In this document: piece after piece, positions 40,548 through 50,706 of the stretch
Position numbering within the stretch: the first letter of the stretch is position 1
How the letters are laid out: every line of letters starts with the position of its first letter
Assembly (NCBI GenBank): GCA_041664365.1
Contig: JBAYKW010000003.1
Span: 28,696-92,695 of the forward strand
DNA length: 64,000 nt
DNA from: Patescibacteria group bacterium
GTDB lineage: Bacteria > Patescibacteriota > Patescibacteriia > UM-FILTER-42-10
Direction: 5' to 3'
Made by a program: the position numbers and the translations under genes
Notes under the pieces: generated by a model
Databases searched by the model: none
What the model saw: only the letters and a program-made list of their open reading frames with translations
What the model was told of the DNA's origin: nothing

Positions 40548-43097
40548 ATGCGTAATGATATCAACGCATTTAGATTAGGTAACATAATGACTAAAGTAGT
40601 TGTTATTTTTGTTTTTAGTGCCGCCGTTTTTTCGGCGATTTTTTATTTAGGGCAAAGCGGAAAGTTAGTGGAAAAAACAAAGGCAACTGACTCATATGCT
40701 GAGATTATCCAGCCCTATGCAGGGAGTCAGGTTATTGCACATACTGATGCCACAGAAGATTCAACCTATGAGTGGAAAGTGAATGAGGTATCCCAGCAGA
40801 GCGGAATAGTACCGACTAAATTCCTTGCGCATTTTAATGGTAGCCTCCAAACTGCAGCGGGTGAGAATCCAGCCACGAGTGAGTCGATTGCTTATGAGGA
40901 TGTAAAATTCGGCCAGGGGATGGTCGGTACGGCTGATTATCCGATGACCGGCAATTTTGATGTCACAAAGGGTACGCTGGATCTTTGGCTGACACTAAAA
41001 AAACCGCTGGACGATCCAGATTTTGACAGTAGTCCGTATTTTCTTTATTACCATAATTCCGGTACGAGTGATTCTTTCATGGTGAATGTCCATAGTTCAA
41101 ATGTTTTAAGCTTTACAATGTATGATTCTTCAGACGGTTGGGAGCTGGCTGTTCAGGTCAATACAAGCAACTACACAATTCCGGTGGGAGTGCCTTTTCA
41201 CTTTGTAGCAACATGGTCTGTCGCGGAAAAGACAGCAAAATTATACCTGAATGGTGAACAGGTATCACGCAGAGATTATGAGGCGGACGAGCGCTTTCCG
41301 GAAATCGTTGTCGGCGCGGAAAATGTTAGGATTGGAAACACAAACGTAGTGGTTGACGAAGTCAGGTTTTTGAATGATGTATTATCAACAGACCAGATAA
41401 AAGATTCTTATGTCCGTGGCATACCGTATTCAGAAAGTGATGTTTATTATAATGGTACTATCAGTCAGGGCGATACGGTTGAGCTTACTGTTACGGATGG
41501 CGGAATTCCGCTTTCAGACAGTGCAACTGTCGCTGGACAAAAAATTACTGTAACCAGCCCGGTCGGTTATTTTGTACCGAATACTGATAGCTTAACAGTT
41601 AGTTTTAATACCGCTACCGCGATGACCTGCCGTTACGGCACAGTGCCGGATGCGTATGATAATCTGCCGTTGATTGCGGAAGGTGCGGAAACGTTACATA
41701 CGATTACATACGCGGTGGACAGTATAATTGAACAATTCCCAGTGGCGATCAAATGCCAGGGAACAAGTGATGATGCTGATGATTATGGATTCTTCCGCCG
41801 TTACCGTGTATTGCCTGAGCCGAAACTGACCTATCCTAAAATCTCAAAACTTTGGTGGGGTAATGCAGTGTTGGATTCAGAAATTCCATATCTTGCTAAA
41901 TTTGATTTTGTTAATACGTCAAAAAGTAATGTTACAAAACCTGGAATGATTAAACAACTCAAAACGTTAAACCCGGACATAGTTACACTTGTCTATCAGG
42001 ATATGATTGGCGTCCAGGATTATCCCGGCGTGGCATATCAGTCTGAATTGGACCGCGTGTCGGAGTCTTGGCGTCTTCAAAGTTCTGAAGTCCCGGGTGA
42101 TTATTGCCGAAACCTTTATTTTCCCGATAATGATCCTTACAACCTGTATGTAAATGCTCCTTTTAATGAACAGAGCGCAAATCATACGGAGAAGGATCTG
42201 ATAGATCGCCTTTCCTATTTTGATGGTATTTGGTGGGATGTGGTCGGACCGGATTTTTGGTTTTTGTATGATTTTACCGGAACCCCGCCCAGCTTTATTG
42301 AAAATTGTGATTTTGATAATGATGGAATTGATGAAGATTTAAACGTGACTGAAGATCGTGTTAAAGCATTACAAATCTGGGCTGACGGTATTCATGATAT
42401 AATGTTGCGTTCACGCCAAAAATTGGGGCAAGATGTTCTGATGGCCGGCAATGGTGATGCATCTGTGCATTCCGACTTCAACGGAAAAAATGTTGAACAT
42501 TTTTTCTCCCCCAGCAGATTTTCATATTACTTTGATCCGAATAACCTGCAGGGTTTTCTCTATTGGCAAGCACATTCAAAAGAGCCGAGAATGAATGAGA
42601 ATTTGTATGAGATTCTCTATCCATATGGAACTTCGACATTTTATAAATATATGCGATACGGCTTAACCGCAAGCCTTCTGGCCGGTGTTTATTTTGATCC
42701 TAACTTGGGATCTGACAATGAGAACAATTCATGGTGGTTTGATGAATACTGGATCGATATCGCAACAGGCAGGCCGACTGACATTCTTGAAACTGGTAGC
42801 GGATATCTCGGTGAACCGCTAGGGGACTTTTATATAGTACAATCAAATGTGTACCGTCGTGACTTTGAAAACGGGATAGTCCTGCTTAATAATACTTCCG
42901 GATCATCTACCGTTAACCTCGGTGGAACATACCGGTATCTGGATGCGACGAACGGCGGACAGGACCCAGTCGCTAATCCGGGCGGTGAAACAGATTCAGT
43001 TACCATGAGTTGGTACGATGGGAGAATATTACTTAATCCTTTACCGCCGCAAGACAGTACACCACCGGGAACAATTAACGATTTGAATGCTACTTAA
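40548..43097 (+). CDS. Membrane-anchored ConA-like/LamG-domain protein, with a large C-terminal domain that may be glycoside-hydrolase-like; copy 1
   Basis: TM segment MTKVVVIFVFSAAVFSAIFYL. LamG-like segment DVTKGTLDLWL...FHFVATWS...LYLNGEQV...DEVRF. The C-terminus is conserved with copy 2. Confidence 0.6.
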   Translation: MRNDINAFRLGNIMTKVVVIFVFSAAVFSAIFYLGQSGKLVEKTKATDSYAEIIQPYAGSQVIAHTDATEDSTYEWKVNEVSQQSGIVPTKFLAHFNGSLQTAAGENPATSESIAYEDVKFGQGMVGTADYPMTGNFDVTKGTLDLWLTLKKPLDDPDFDSSPYFLYYHNSGTSDSFMVNVHSSNVLSFTMYDSSDGWELAVQVNTSNYTIPVGVPFHFVATWSVAEKTAKLYLNGEQVSRRDYEADERFPEIVVGAENVRIGNTNVVVDEVRFLNDVLSTDQIKDSYVRGIPYSESDVYYNGTISQGDTVELTVTDGGIPLSDSATVAGQKITVTSPVGYFVPNTDSLTVSFNTATAMTCRYGTVPDAYDNLPLIAEGAETLHTITYAVDSIIEQFPVAIKCQGTSDDADDYGFFRRYRVLPEPKLTYPKISKLWWGNAVLDSEIPYLAKFDFVNTSKSNVTKPGMIKQLKTLNPDIVTLVYQDMIGVQDYPGVAYQSELDRVSESWRLQSSEVPGDYCRNLYFPDNDPYNLYVNAPFNEQSANHTEKDLIDRLSYFDGIWWDVVGPDFWFLYDFTGTPPSFIENCDFDNDGIDEDLNVTEDRVKALQIWADGIHDIMLRSRQKLGQDVLMAGNGDASVHSDFNGKNVEHFFSPSRFSYYFDPNNLQGFLYWQAHSKEPRMNENLYEILYPYGTSTFYKYMRYGLTASLLAGVYFDPNLGSDNENNSWWFDEYWIDIATGRPTDILETGSGYLGEPLGDFYIVQSNVYRRDFENGIVLLNNTSGSSTVNLGGTYRYLDATNGGQDPVANPGGETDSVTMSWYDGRILLNPLPPQDSTPPGTINDLNAT

Positions 43098-43146
43098 AGA
43101 ATTGCATGTGAAAAGGTTAAGACCATTTAATGGTAAGTAACGCTTA

Positions 43147-43175
43147 TTGACAAAAACCATATTTTCTGTTATCAT
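43147..43175 (+). promoter_or_regulatory. Sigma70-like promoter: TTGACA, 17 nt, TATCAT (duplicate of 40491-40519)
   Basis: Read directly. Confidence 0.4.
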
Positions 43176-43203
43176 GAAGTGGTAACATGAGTATAAAAAA
43201 ACT

Positions 43204-45753
43204 ATGCGTAATGATATCAGCGCATTTAGATTAGGCAACATAATGACTAAAGTAGTTGTTATTTTTGTTTTTACTGCCGCCGTGTTGTCGGCGGTTTTTT
43301 ATTTAGGTAGGAGCGGTAATTTAATAGAAAAAACAAGAGCAACAGATTCATATGCTGAAATAGTACAGCCATATGTAGGAAGTCAGGTTATTGCACATAC
43401 TGATGCTATGGAAGGGTCTAATTATGAATGGACAATAAACGCTGAACCGGTCCAAAGCGGAACAGTCCCAACAACATTTCTTTCGCATTTTGACGGTGAT
43501 TTACGAACGATAACAGGCGAGGAGCCGATAACCAGCAGTTCTGTTACATATGAATCAGTGAAATTCGGCCAGGGTATGGTAGGAACAGCAGATTATCCGA
43601 TGACCGGCAATCTTGACGTTACAAAGGGTACACTTGATCTTTGGCTGACACTAAAAAAACCGCTGGACGATCCGGAGTTTGATAGTAGTCCGTATATTCT
43701 TTATTATCACAATTCCAGTACAGGTGATTCTTTTATAGTGAATGTGCATAATACCGATGTAATAAGTTTTACCATGTATGATTTTTCTGACGGATGGGAA
43801 TTGGCTGTTCAGGCCAGCACGAGCAACTATACAATCCCAGTAGGAGTACCTTTTCACTTTGTAGCAACATGGTCTGTCACGGATAAAGTGGCAAAAGTTT
43901 ATTTGAATGGTGAACAGGTATCACGCAGAGATTATGAAGCGGACCAGCACTTTCCGGAAATCGTTGTCGGCGCGGAAAATGTTATGATTGGAAATACAAA
44001 TGTTGTAATGGATGAGATCAGGGTTTCAAATGATGTATTATCAACAGATCAGATAAAAGATTCTTATGTCCGTGGCATGCCGTATTCAGAAAGTGATATC
44101 TATTACAACGGGATTGTTAGTGAAGGTGATACTGTAGAATTGAGCGTTACTAACGGTGGTATTCCTCAGACGGACAGTGCAACTGTCGCCGGACAAAAAA
44201 TTACTGTAACCAGCCCGGCGGGATATTTCATACTAAATACAGACACATTTACTGTCAGCTTTAATACACCTACCGTCATGACTTGTCATTATGGAGCTGT
44301 GCCGGACTCATACGCTAACCTACCGCAGGTTACAGAAGGGACGGGGACTTCACATACAATTACATATAATGTAGATACTATTGTCGAACAATTTCCGGTT
44401 GCTATCAAATGTCACGGGGTGGGCGACGAAGCTGATGATTACGCGTTCTTCCGGCGCTACCGTGTATTGCCTGAGCCGAAACTGACCTATCCTAAACTTT
44501 CAAAGATTTGGTGGGGTAATACAGTATTAGATTCAGAAGTCCCATACCTTGCTAAATTTGATTTTGTTAATACATCAAAGAGTAATATTACAAAACCCGG
44601 ACCGATTAAACAACTCAAAACATTAAATCCGAACCAAGTTGTCCTTGTTTATCAGGATATGATAGGCGTTCAGAATTATGGAGGTGTAGCATATCATTCT
44701 GAATCGGATCGCGTTTTGGAGTCTTGGCGTCTTCAAAGTTCTGAGGTTCCGGGTGATTTTTGCCGAAACCTTTATTATGCGGGTAATGATCTTTATAATC
44801 TTAATGTTAATGTTCCTTTTGGTGAGCAGAGTGCAGATCATACGGAGAAGGATTTAATTGATCGCCTTTCCTATTTTGATGGTATTTGGTGGGATGTGGT
44901 CGGACCGGATTTTTGGTTTTTGTATGATTATAACGGAAACCCGGCAAGTTATGTTGAAAATTGTGATTTTGATAACGACGGCATAGATGAAGATTTAAAC
45001 ATCACAGCAGATCGGCTGAAAGCACAGCAGATTTGGGCGAACGGTATTCATGATATAATGTTGCGTTCACGCCAGAAATTGGGACAGGAAGTATTGATGG
45101 TAGGCAACGGTAATGCATCTGTGCATTCCGACTTCAACGGAAAACATCTCGAACATTTTTTCACCCCCAGCACATTTTTACAATATTTTGATCCGAATAA
45201 CGTGCAGGGGTTTCTCTATTGGCAGAATAATTCAAAAGAGCCGAGAATGAATGATAATTTGTATAAAATTAGCGGTTCGTATGGTACTCAGTCATTCTAT
45301 AAGTCTATGCGATATGGCTTGACCGCAAGTCTCTTAGCCGGTGTTTATTTTGATCCAAACTCGGGAGCTGAAAATGTGAACAATACATGGTGGTTTGATG
45401 AATACTGGATCGATACGGAAACGGCTAGACCGACTGACATTCTTGAAACTGGTAGCGGATATCTCGGTGAACCGCAAGGGGACTATTATATGGTACAATC
45501 AAATGTGTACCGCCGTGACTTTGAAAACGGGATAGTCCTGCTTAATAATACTTCCGGATCATCTACCATTAACCTCGGCGGAACATACCGGTATCTGGAT
45601 GCGACGAACGGCGGACAAGACCCAGTCGCTAATCTGGGCGGTGAAACAGATTCAGTTACCATGAGTTGGTACGATGGGAGAATATTACTTAATCCTTTAC
45701 CGCCGCAAGACAGTACACCACCGGGGACAATTAACGATTTATATACTGAATAG
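43204..45753 (+). CDS. Tandem paralog (copy 2) of the LamG-domain protein
   Basis: Same length (849 aa), about 80% identical by eye, same leader and promoter. Confidence 0.6.
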   Translation: MRNDISAFRLGNIMTKVVVIFVFTAAVLSAVFYLGRSGNLIEKTRATDSYAEIVQPYVGSQVIAHTDAMEGSNYEWTINAEPVQSGTVPTTFLSHFDGDLRTITGEEPITSSSVTYESVKFGQGMVGTADYPMTGNLDVTKGTLDLWLTLKKPLDDPEFDSSPYILYYHNSSTGDSFIVNVHNTDVISFTMYDFSDGWELAVQASTSNYTIPVGVPFHFVATWSVTDKVAKVYLNGEQVSRRDYEADQHFPEIVVGAENVMIGNTNVVMDEIRVSNDVLSTDQIKDSYVRGMPYSESDIYYNGIVSEGDTVELSVTNGGIPQTDSATVAGQKITVTSPAGYFILNTDTFTVSFNTPTVMTCHYGAVPDSYANLPQVTEGTGTSHTITYNVDTIVEQFPVAIKCHGVGDEADDYAFFRRYRVLPEPKLTYPKLSKIWWGNTVLDSEVPYLAKFDFVNTSKSNITKPGPIKQLKTLNPNQVVLVYQDMIGVQNYGGVAYHSESDRVLESWRLQSSEVPGDFCRNLYYAGNDLYNLNVNVPFGEQSADHTEKDLIDRLSYFDGIWWDVVGPDFWFLYDYNGNPASYVENCDFDNDGIDEDLNITADRLKAQQIWANGIHDIMLRSRQKLGQEVLMVGNGNASVHSDFNGKHLEHFFTPSTFLQYFDPNNVQGFLYWQNNSKEPRMNDNLYKISGSYGTQSFYKSMRYGLTASLLAGVYFDPNSGAENVNNTWWFDEYWIDTETARPTDILETGSGYLGEPQGDYYMVQSNVYRRDFENGIVLLNNTSGSSTINLGGTYRYLDATNGGQDPVANLGGETDSVTMSWYDGRILLNPLPPQDSTPPGTINDLYTE

Positions 45754-47409
45754 ATGCATATGAATACAGTTTTAATGATTAAGAATAAGCCAAGAGTTCT
45801 GGTCAGAATTAATATTTATATTGCTGTTATAGCATTAGTATCAGCATTTATCGGTTTTGCGTATAGTATGTTGTATCCATACGGGAACCAGTCATATTTG
45901 CCAGAGGTCCAGGCGGGGTTTAGCGCTACATCAGCAAATTCAGTAACCATTAACTGGACTGCTCCGGGGGATGATAGTTTTTCCGGCACGGCAGTTGGCT
46001 ACGATATCCGTTATAGCACCCAGTCTATTAACGATTCTAACTGGACTGCTGCTTCGGTTGTTTCTGATGTTCCCGCGCCTTTAACTGCCGGTAGCGCGGA
46101 ATCATTTGTTGTAATGGGTCTGGCGCCAAATACAACGTACTATTTTGCAATTAAAACTGTCGATAATGAAGGTCTGTGGTCGGCGCTTTCAAATATTGCA
46201 TCGCACACAACAGACTGCGTGGAATCATGGACATGTTCTGTCTGGTCAGAATGCGTAAATGGAACTCAGTCCAGAACTTGCAGTGATTTAAACAACTGCG
46301 GAACACAGGAGGAAATTCCATATCTGACGAACTTGTGTACAGTTGAAATTCCACCGACAGAACCACCAACTGTTCCACCAACTGTGCCACCGGTGGATGA
46401 ACCTACTACACCGCCCAGTGGTGGTGACGAGCCTCAAATCCAGGAAAGCTATATCGTTGCTGCACCGAATCTGGGTGGAGGGCCGCAGGTAAGAATTTTT
46501 TCAAAAACCGGAAAATTATTGTCACAATTCTATGCCTATTCAACATCATTCCGCGGTGGAGTTAATGTTGCTGTAGACGATCTTGATAATGACGGAATTG
46601 ACGAAATTGTAGTCGGACCGGGGCCCGGGTATGAACCTAAAGTAAGAGTCTTTACCTGGAAGGGCAGGTTGCTTTATGAGTTTACCGCATACCAAGCGGG
46701 ATATCGCAATGGTGTGAAGGTTGCGATCGGAGATGTCGATGATAAAGGCGGAAAGGAAATAATTGTTTCTCCTGCATCCGGTGGCGGTCCGAACATAAGG
46801 ATATTCGGCAAACGTAACGGTACCTATAGTCCTACAATTGAGAATTTTTTCGCATACAATCAATGGTTGCGCGGGAGCTGGAATGTGGCGAGCGGTGATT
46901 TAGATAGGGATGGTCATTCCGATATCATTACGGCGCCGGGTAAATTAACCGGTGGTCCGCATGTCCGTATATTCCATTATGAAGGTAATAAAATCTGGCC
47001 GCATATTTTAGGATTCATGGCATATCCAACGAATTTCAGGGGAGGAGTAAATATAGCTGCCGGAGATCTAGTCGGAAACAGTGGAGATGAAATAATAACA
47101 GCGCCGGTTGCTGTCGGCGGACCATTTGTCAGAATATTTCGTCGTTTACCTGACGGTTCTATAGCTTTATACCGAAACGGATTCTTTGCCTATCATCCGG
47201 AATTCCGGGGAGGGGTGAGTTTGGCTACCGGAGATTTTAATTATGATGGTAAAGATGAGATCGTAACTGCCGTACAGTCCGGTGATCGGGCGGTGGTAAA
47301 GATTTGGAAAGGAATGGGCGAATATCCTCTTTACGAAGTTGTGGTTTTTCCAAACGAGATGCAAGCTGGTGTTAATATTGCTGTCGGCAAATTCTTTCTG
47401 CCACAGTAA
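45754..47409 (+). CDS. Membrane-anchored protein with a fibronectin-III-like domain and a seven-bladed FG-GAP/VCBS-type beta-propeller
   Basis: TM segment IYIAVIALVSAFIGFAYSML. Seven repeats of the form GGPxVRIF...Y...F.GGVNVA.GDLD.DG..EI. Confidence 0.6.
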   Translation: MHMNTVLMIKNKPRVLVRINIYIAVIALVSAFIGFAYSMLYPYGNQSYLPEVQAGFSATSANSVTINWTAPGDDSFSGTAVGYDIRYSTQSINDSNWTAASVVSDVPAPLTAGSAESFVVMGLAPNTTYYFAIKTVDNEGLWSALSNIASHTTDCVESWTCSVWSECVNGTQSRTCSDLNNCGTQEEIPYLTNLCTVEIPPTEPPTVPPTVPPVDEPTTPPSGGDEPQIQESYIVAAPNLGGGPQVRIFSKTGKLLSQFYAYSTSFRGGVNVAVDDLDNDGIDEIVVGPGPGYEPKVRVFTWKGRLLYEFTAYQAGYRNGVKVAIGDVDDKGGKEIIVSPASGGGPNIRIFGKRNGTYSPTIENFFAYNQWLRGSWNVASGDLDRDGHSDIITAPGKLTGGPHVRIFHYEGNKIWPHILGFMAYPTNFRGGVNIAAGDLVGNSGDEIITAPVAVGGPFVRIFRRLPDGSIALYRNGFFAYHPEFRGGVSLATGDFNYDGKDEIVTAVQSGDRAVVKIWKGMGEYPLYEVVVFPNEMQAGVNIAVGKFFLPQ

Positions 47410-47420
47410 AACAAAACAAT

Positions 47421-47909
47421 ATGAAAAATAATAAAGGATTTACTCTGTTAGAGTTGTTGGTTGTCGTGGCAATCATCGGTCTTATTTCTTCCATTGCTTT
47501 CGTAGCAATGCAAAACGCCCGCGCAGAGGCGCGCGATGCAAAAAGATTGGCTGATGTTCATGCAATAAGGAATGCACTGGAGCTTTATTATCACGATAAT
47601 GGATCTTATCCTGATCCATGGTGTATTGGTTTGACATCTGTCGCAGGCTGTAATTCATTTGTTGAGCCAAATAGCTGGATACCATCATTGATACCAAAGT
47701 ATATGCAGACACTACCTAATGATCCGTTGAACACAACAAATGATGAAACTAATGAACATTATTTATATTTTTATACACGATGGGCAGTAGATGAAAATGC
47801 ACCTCAACAATACTACCTCATATACAGAAGAGAAACGAAAGGTCAGGTAAGAGAATGCCCTGTTTTATGGGGTGGTAATTGGTCTTCGTTATGTGGAGGA
47901 ATAATTTAA
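47421..47909 (+). CDS. Type IV pilin/pseudopilin (prepilin-type N-terminal methylation motif)
   Basis: MKNNKGFTLLELLVVVAIIGLISSIAFVA. Confidence 0.8.
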   Translation: MKNNKGFTLLELLVVVAIIGLISSIAFVAMQNARAEARDAKRLADVHAIRNALELYYHDNGSYPDPWCIGLTSVAGCNSFVEPNSWIPSLIPKYMQTLPNDPLNTTNDETNEHYLYFYTRWAVDENAPQQYYLIYRRETKGQVRECPVLWGGNWSSLCGGII

Positions 47910-47989
47910 ATTTAGTAAACTAAGCATTTTTTCTAATTGCCTACAAATGGTATAATATAACAGCAATATAGGCTGTTTTTATTTATTAA

Positions 47990-49624
47990 ATGAATAGAAT
48001 GCCTGAAAAGAAAATTAAGCATATTAATAACCAAGATTCATGGATGCTGGCTGAAGACATCCCTGATATTGATTTGTTTTTTTCTCAAATTTGGTTATCC
48101 TGCCTTGCTAATGAGTTCGCCCGTCCGGGAGGATATGCCAATGAAAAAGTTATGACTATTTTCAGAGGCTACCATATGTGGTTCTATTTTGGCGAGGAAG
48201 ATTCATTCAAACAGGGTCAGCATCTAGTTGAAAGGTTTGTTAAAAACCTTCAGTTTGCAGCGGAAGCGAATGAAGAGATTGTAAAATGGTCTGACAAACT
48301 GCGCTATTTTGCGCATAATCTCCCGCAGGAGAATTTAGAAAAACTCACTAGAAAACAGTTATGGTTTTTTTATCAGAGACACGATGAAGTTCACACAAAA
48401 TATTATCAGTGGTACTGGCTTCCGGTTGCAGCCGACATGTTCCACGGAAATTTTACCGAAGAGATGAAAAAATATTTGAAGTCGATTGGGGTGGAAAAAG
48501 ATAAAATAAATGAATATCTGGTAATTTTAACTGCTCCCGAAAACAAGTCTCTAATCCAGATTGAACGTGAAGAATTTCTGACTATCGCGTCAAAAATCCA
48601 GAAAGACCCGTATCATAAAAAACTTTTCCAGAGATTATATCAGGAATTTATGGAGTACAATGGATTGCCAAATGGGATGGAGAATCATGCACCCGAATAT
48701 GAATTGGCTTTTGAAAAGAAGGTTGCAGATATAAAGGATAATATTAAGATGGAAATTCTGAAATTAATTCAGGATCACTACATTAAATACCATTATGTTA
48801 GATATATGTGGATTGGCCGTGACGATATCTATACATATGATTATTATCTCAAAGAGTTAGTGAAGCTGATTGGTGAAGACGTTAACTTCGGGGAAATATT
48901 GAAAAATGAAATCAATCAGCATAAAAATTTGATAACAAAAAAGAATGCGCTAATTAAAAAACTGAAGATTGGTAAGGATTGGAGGGTAATTTTAGCCGGT
49001 TGGTCAGAATTCATGGTAACTAAAATCCATGGCCGGTTCGCGCAAATTTACACAATCTACAACATGCAGCCGGTTTTAGGTGAAATTGCCAGAAGGCTGG
49101 ATATTTCACTCATGCAGGCAAGATTTATGATGAAATCAGAGGTCAGAGATGCGTTGATTGGGGGTAAGAAACCGGATAAGAAAACATTGCAAAAAAGGAC
49201 GAAATTCTGCGTGTATTATGTAGAAAAGGGAATTGAGAAAATATATACCGGCAATCAGGCAAAAAAAATGGCTGAAAAAACCACAATGACTGTTAATGAG
49301 GAAATCACAGAAATAAACGGACAATGCGGATGCGTGGGGAGAGGGAAAGGGAAGGTCAGATTGATAATCAGGGCTTCTGACATGGGAAAAATGAAAAACG
49401 GCGATGTTTTAGTTTCAATCGCAACTAATCCTGGCATAGTCGCGGCAATGAAAAAAGCTTCGGCAATCGTAACTGATCAGGGCGGGATTACTTCGCATGC
49501 GGCTATTATTGCCAGGGAACTGGGTATTCCATGCGTAATCGGCACAAAAATTGCGACAAAAGTATTCAAAGACGGAGATTTGGTGGAGGTGGATGCTACT
49601 AAAGGAATGGTGAGAAAATTGTGA
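47990..49624 (+). CDS. Paralog 1: unknown N-domain of about 420 aa fused to a C-terminal PEP-utilizing-enzyme mobile (phosphohistidine swivel) domain
   Basis: C-terminus [55 protein letters not shown]. Confidence 0.65.
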   Translation: MNRMPEKKIKHINNQDSWMLAEDIPDIDLFFSQIWLSCLANEFARPGGYANEKVMTIFRGYHMWFYFGEEDSFKQGQHLVERFVKNLQFAAEANEEIVKWSDKLRYFAHNLPQENLEKLTRKQLWFFYQRHDEVHTKYYQWYWLPVAADMFHGNFTEEMKKYLKSIGVEKDKINEYLVILTAPENKSLIQIEREEFLTIASKIQKDPYHKKLFQRLYQEFMEYNGLPNGMENHAPEYELAFEKKVADIKDNIKMEILKLIQDHYIKYHYVRYMWIGRDDIYTYDYYLKELVKLIGEDVNFGEILKNEINQHKNLITKKNALIKKLKIGKDWRVILAGWSEFMVTKIHGRFAQIYTIYNMQPVLGEIARRLDISLMQARFMMKSEVRDALIGGKKPDKKTLQKRTKFCVYYVEKGIEKIYTGNQAKKMAEKTTMTVNEEITEINGQCGCVGRGKGKVRLIIRASDMGKMKNGDVLVSIATNPGIVAAMKKASAIVTDQGGITSHAAIIARELGIPCVIGTKIATKVFKDGDLVEVDATKGMVRKL

Positions 49625-49767
49625 TAATATATTCATTCTATCGAGGTGTCCTGTACCACTAAATGGTACAGGACAACCCCGCACCCAAGGTGGTGCGGGG
49701 TAGACGCGACAAGGGGAGTTGTTAAAAAGATTTAAGGTTAATACATTTAATATAATTTATTTAAAAT

Positions 49768-50676
49768 ATGCCAGATCATTTTAAACCAGAACAACAATTA
49801 GCAAATCCAGAAAGAGAAAGGGAATATACTTCTAGAGTTTTACTTCATTTTTTTCGCCATGGAGAAAAGGAGTCTATCCCAGGTAGAACAAACGAAGAAC
49901 AGATGTTGACAGCCGCTGGCCGCCGTCAAGGTTTGGAAACTGGACTAATGAGACCGGAAGCTAAGCCATCAGCTATGGCCTTTGGTAGTGATATACCTAG
50001 ATCTCAAGAAATGGCCGGTTTTGACCTAGCCGGAGCTCAAAGACGAGAAGATATTAGTGGAGATGAATCATTGGATGAATTAAGGGATATATTAGACCAA
50101 GATATTAAAATAGGTACCAAATTAGCAGTAGATCCGCGACTGGGTTTTCATTATGACGATCCGGGATTATTAGCTGAGGCTACTAAAGCTTATAAAAATG
50201 GACAGGCATTAAAATTTGTTGTTGAGAATAGTGATGAAATAGCCAAAAATGCGGGTGATAACGATAGTACAACATATGCTAAATCAGCAGCTAATGTTTC
50301 AGAGATACTTAATAAGTATATGACAATTGCGTCCCGTTTTGATCAGATTGTCAGCGATGAGGATAAAAAAGAAAAATATAGTGATACGCTGGAGAGATTC
50401 ATGGGTTCGCATGCCGGTGTGATAGATGTTTTTTTATGTAAGGTAGTGGAAAAATTAAAAGGCGTGGAAGTGCGAAATAAATTAGTGCAAGCATTGAATA
50501 ATAACGGTTTTAATTTTGCTGAGGGTTTTGATATAGAAATTGATGTGATAAATGGTGAAACGCAAATGCGTATCAAGTATTCAAAACCAGAAGATGAACG
50601 CGGTGAAGCTTTTGAAATTGATGAGATGATTCCCAGGGAGATGCTAGAAGAAATGATGGAAGCGGGAGGAAAATAG
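49768..50676 (+). CDS. Histidine-phosphatase-superfamily (PGAM-like) protein, paralog 1
   Basis: RHG motif LLHFFRHGEKE with LTAAGRRQGLETG, and the distal motif GSHAGVI. Confidence 0.5.
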   Translation: MPDHFKPEQQLANPEREREYTSRVLLHFFRHGEKESIPGRTNEEQMLTAAGRRQGLETGLMRPEAKPSAMAFGSDIPRSQEMAGFDLAGAQRREDISGDESLDELRDILDQDIKIGTKLAVDPRLGFHYDDPGLLAEATKAYKNGQALKFVVENSDEIAKNAGDNDSTTYAKSAANVSEILNKYMTIASRFDQIVSDEDKKEKYSDTLERFMGSHAGVIDVFLCKVVEKLKGVEVRNKLVQALNNNGFNFAEGFDIEIDVINGETQMRIKYSKPEDERGEAFEIDEMIPREMLEEMMEAGGK

Positions 50677-50706
50677 TAATTTTATCAATCATTAAATAAA
50701 AATTTT

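Larger units (their letters stand above)
40480..45790 (+). repeat. Tandem duplication of a 2.65-kb unit (promoter, leader and gene)
   Basis: Unit 1 spans about 40484-43136 and unit 2 about 43137-45790. Both coding and non-coding parts are collinear. Confidence 0.7.

Noticed and set aside
40531-40578. Conserved 15-codon uORF (MIIKKLCVMISTHLD) with a GAGGTGG SD, overlapping the start of both LamG-paralog genes
   Set aside because: The -10 element sits immediately upstream, so the SD would be at or before the transcript 5' end. The conservation is explained by the recent duplication. It is not supportable as a leader peptide.
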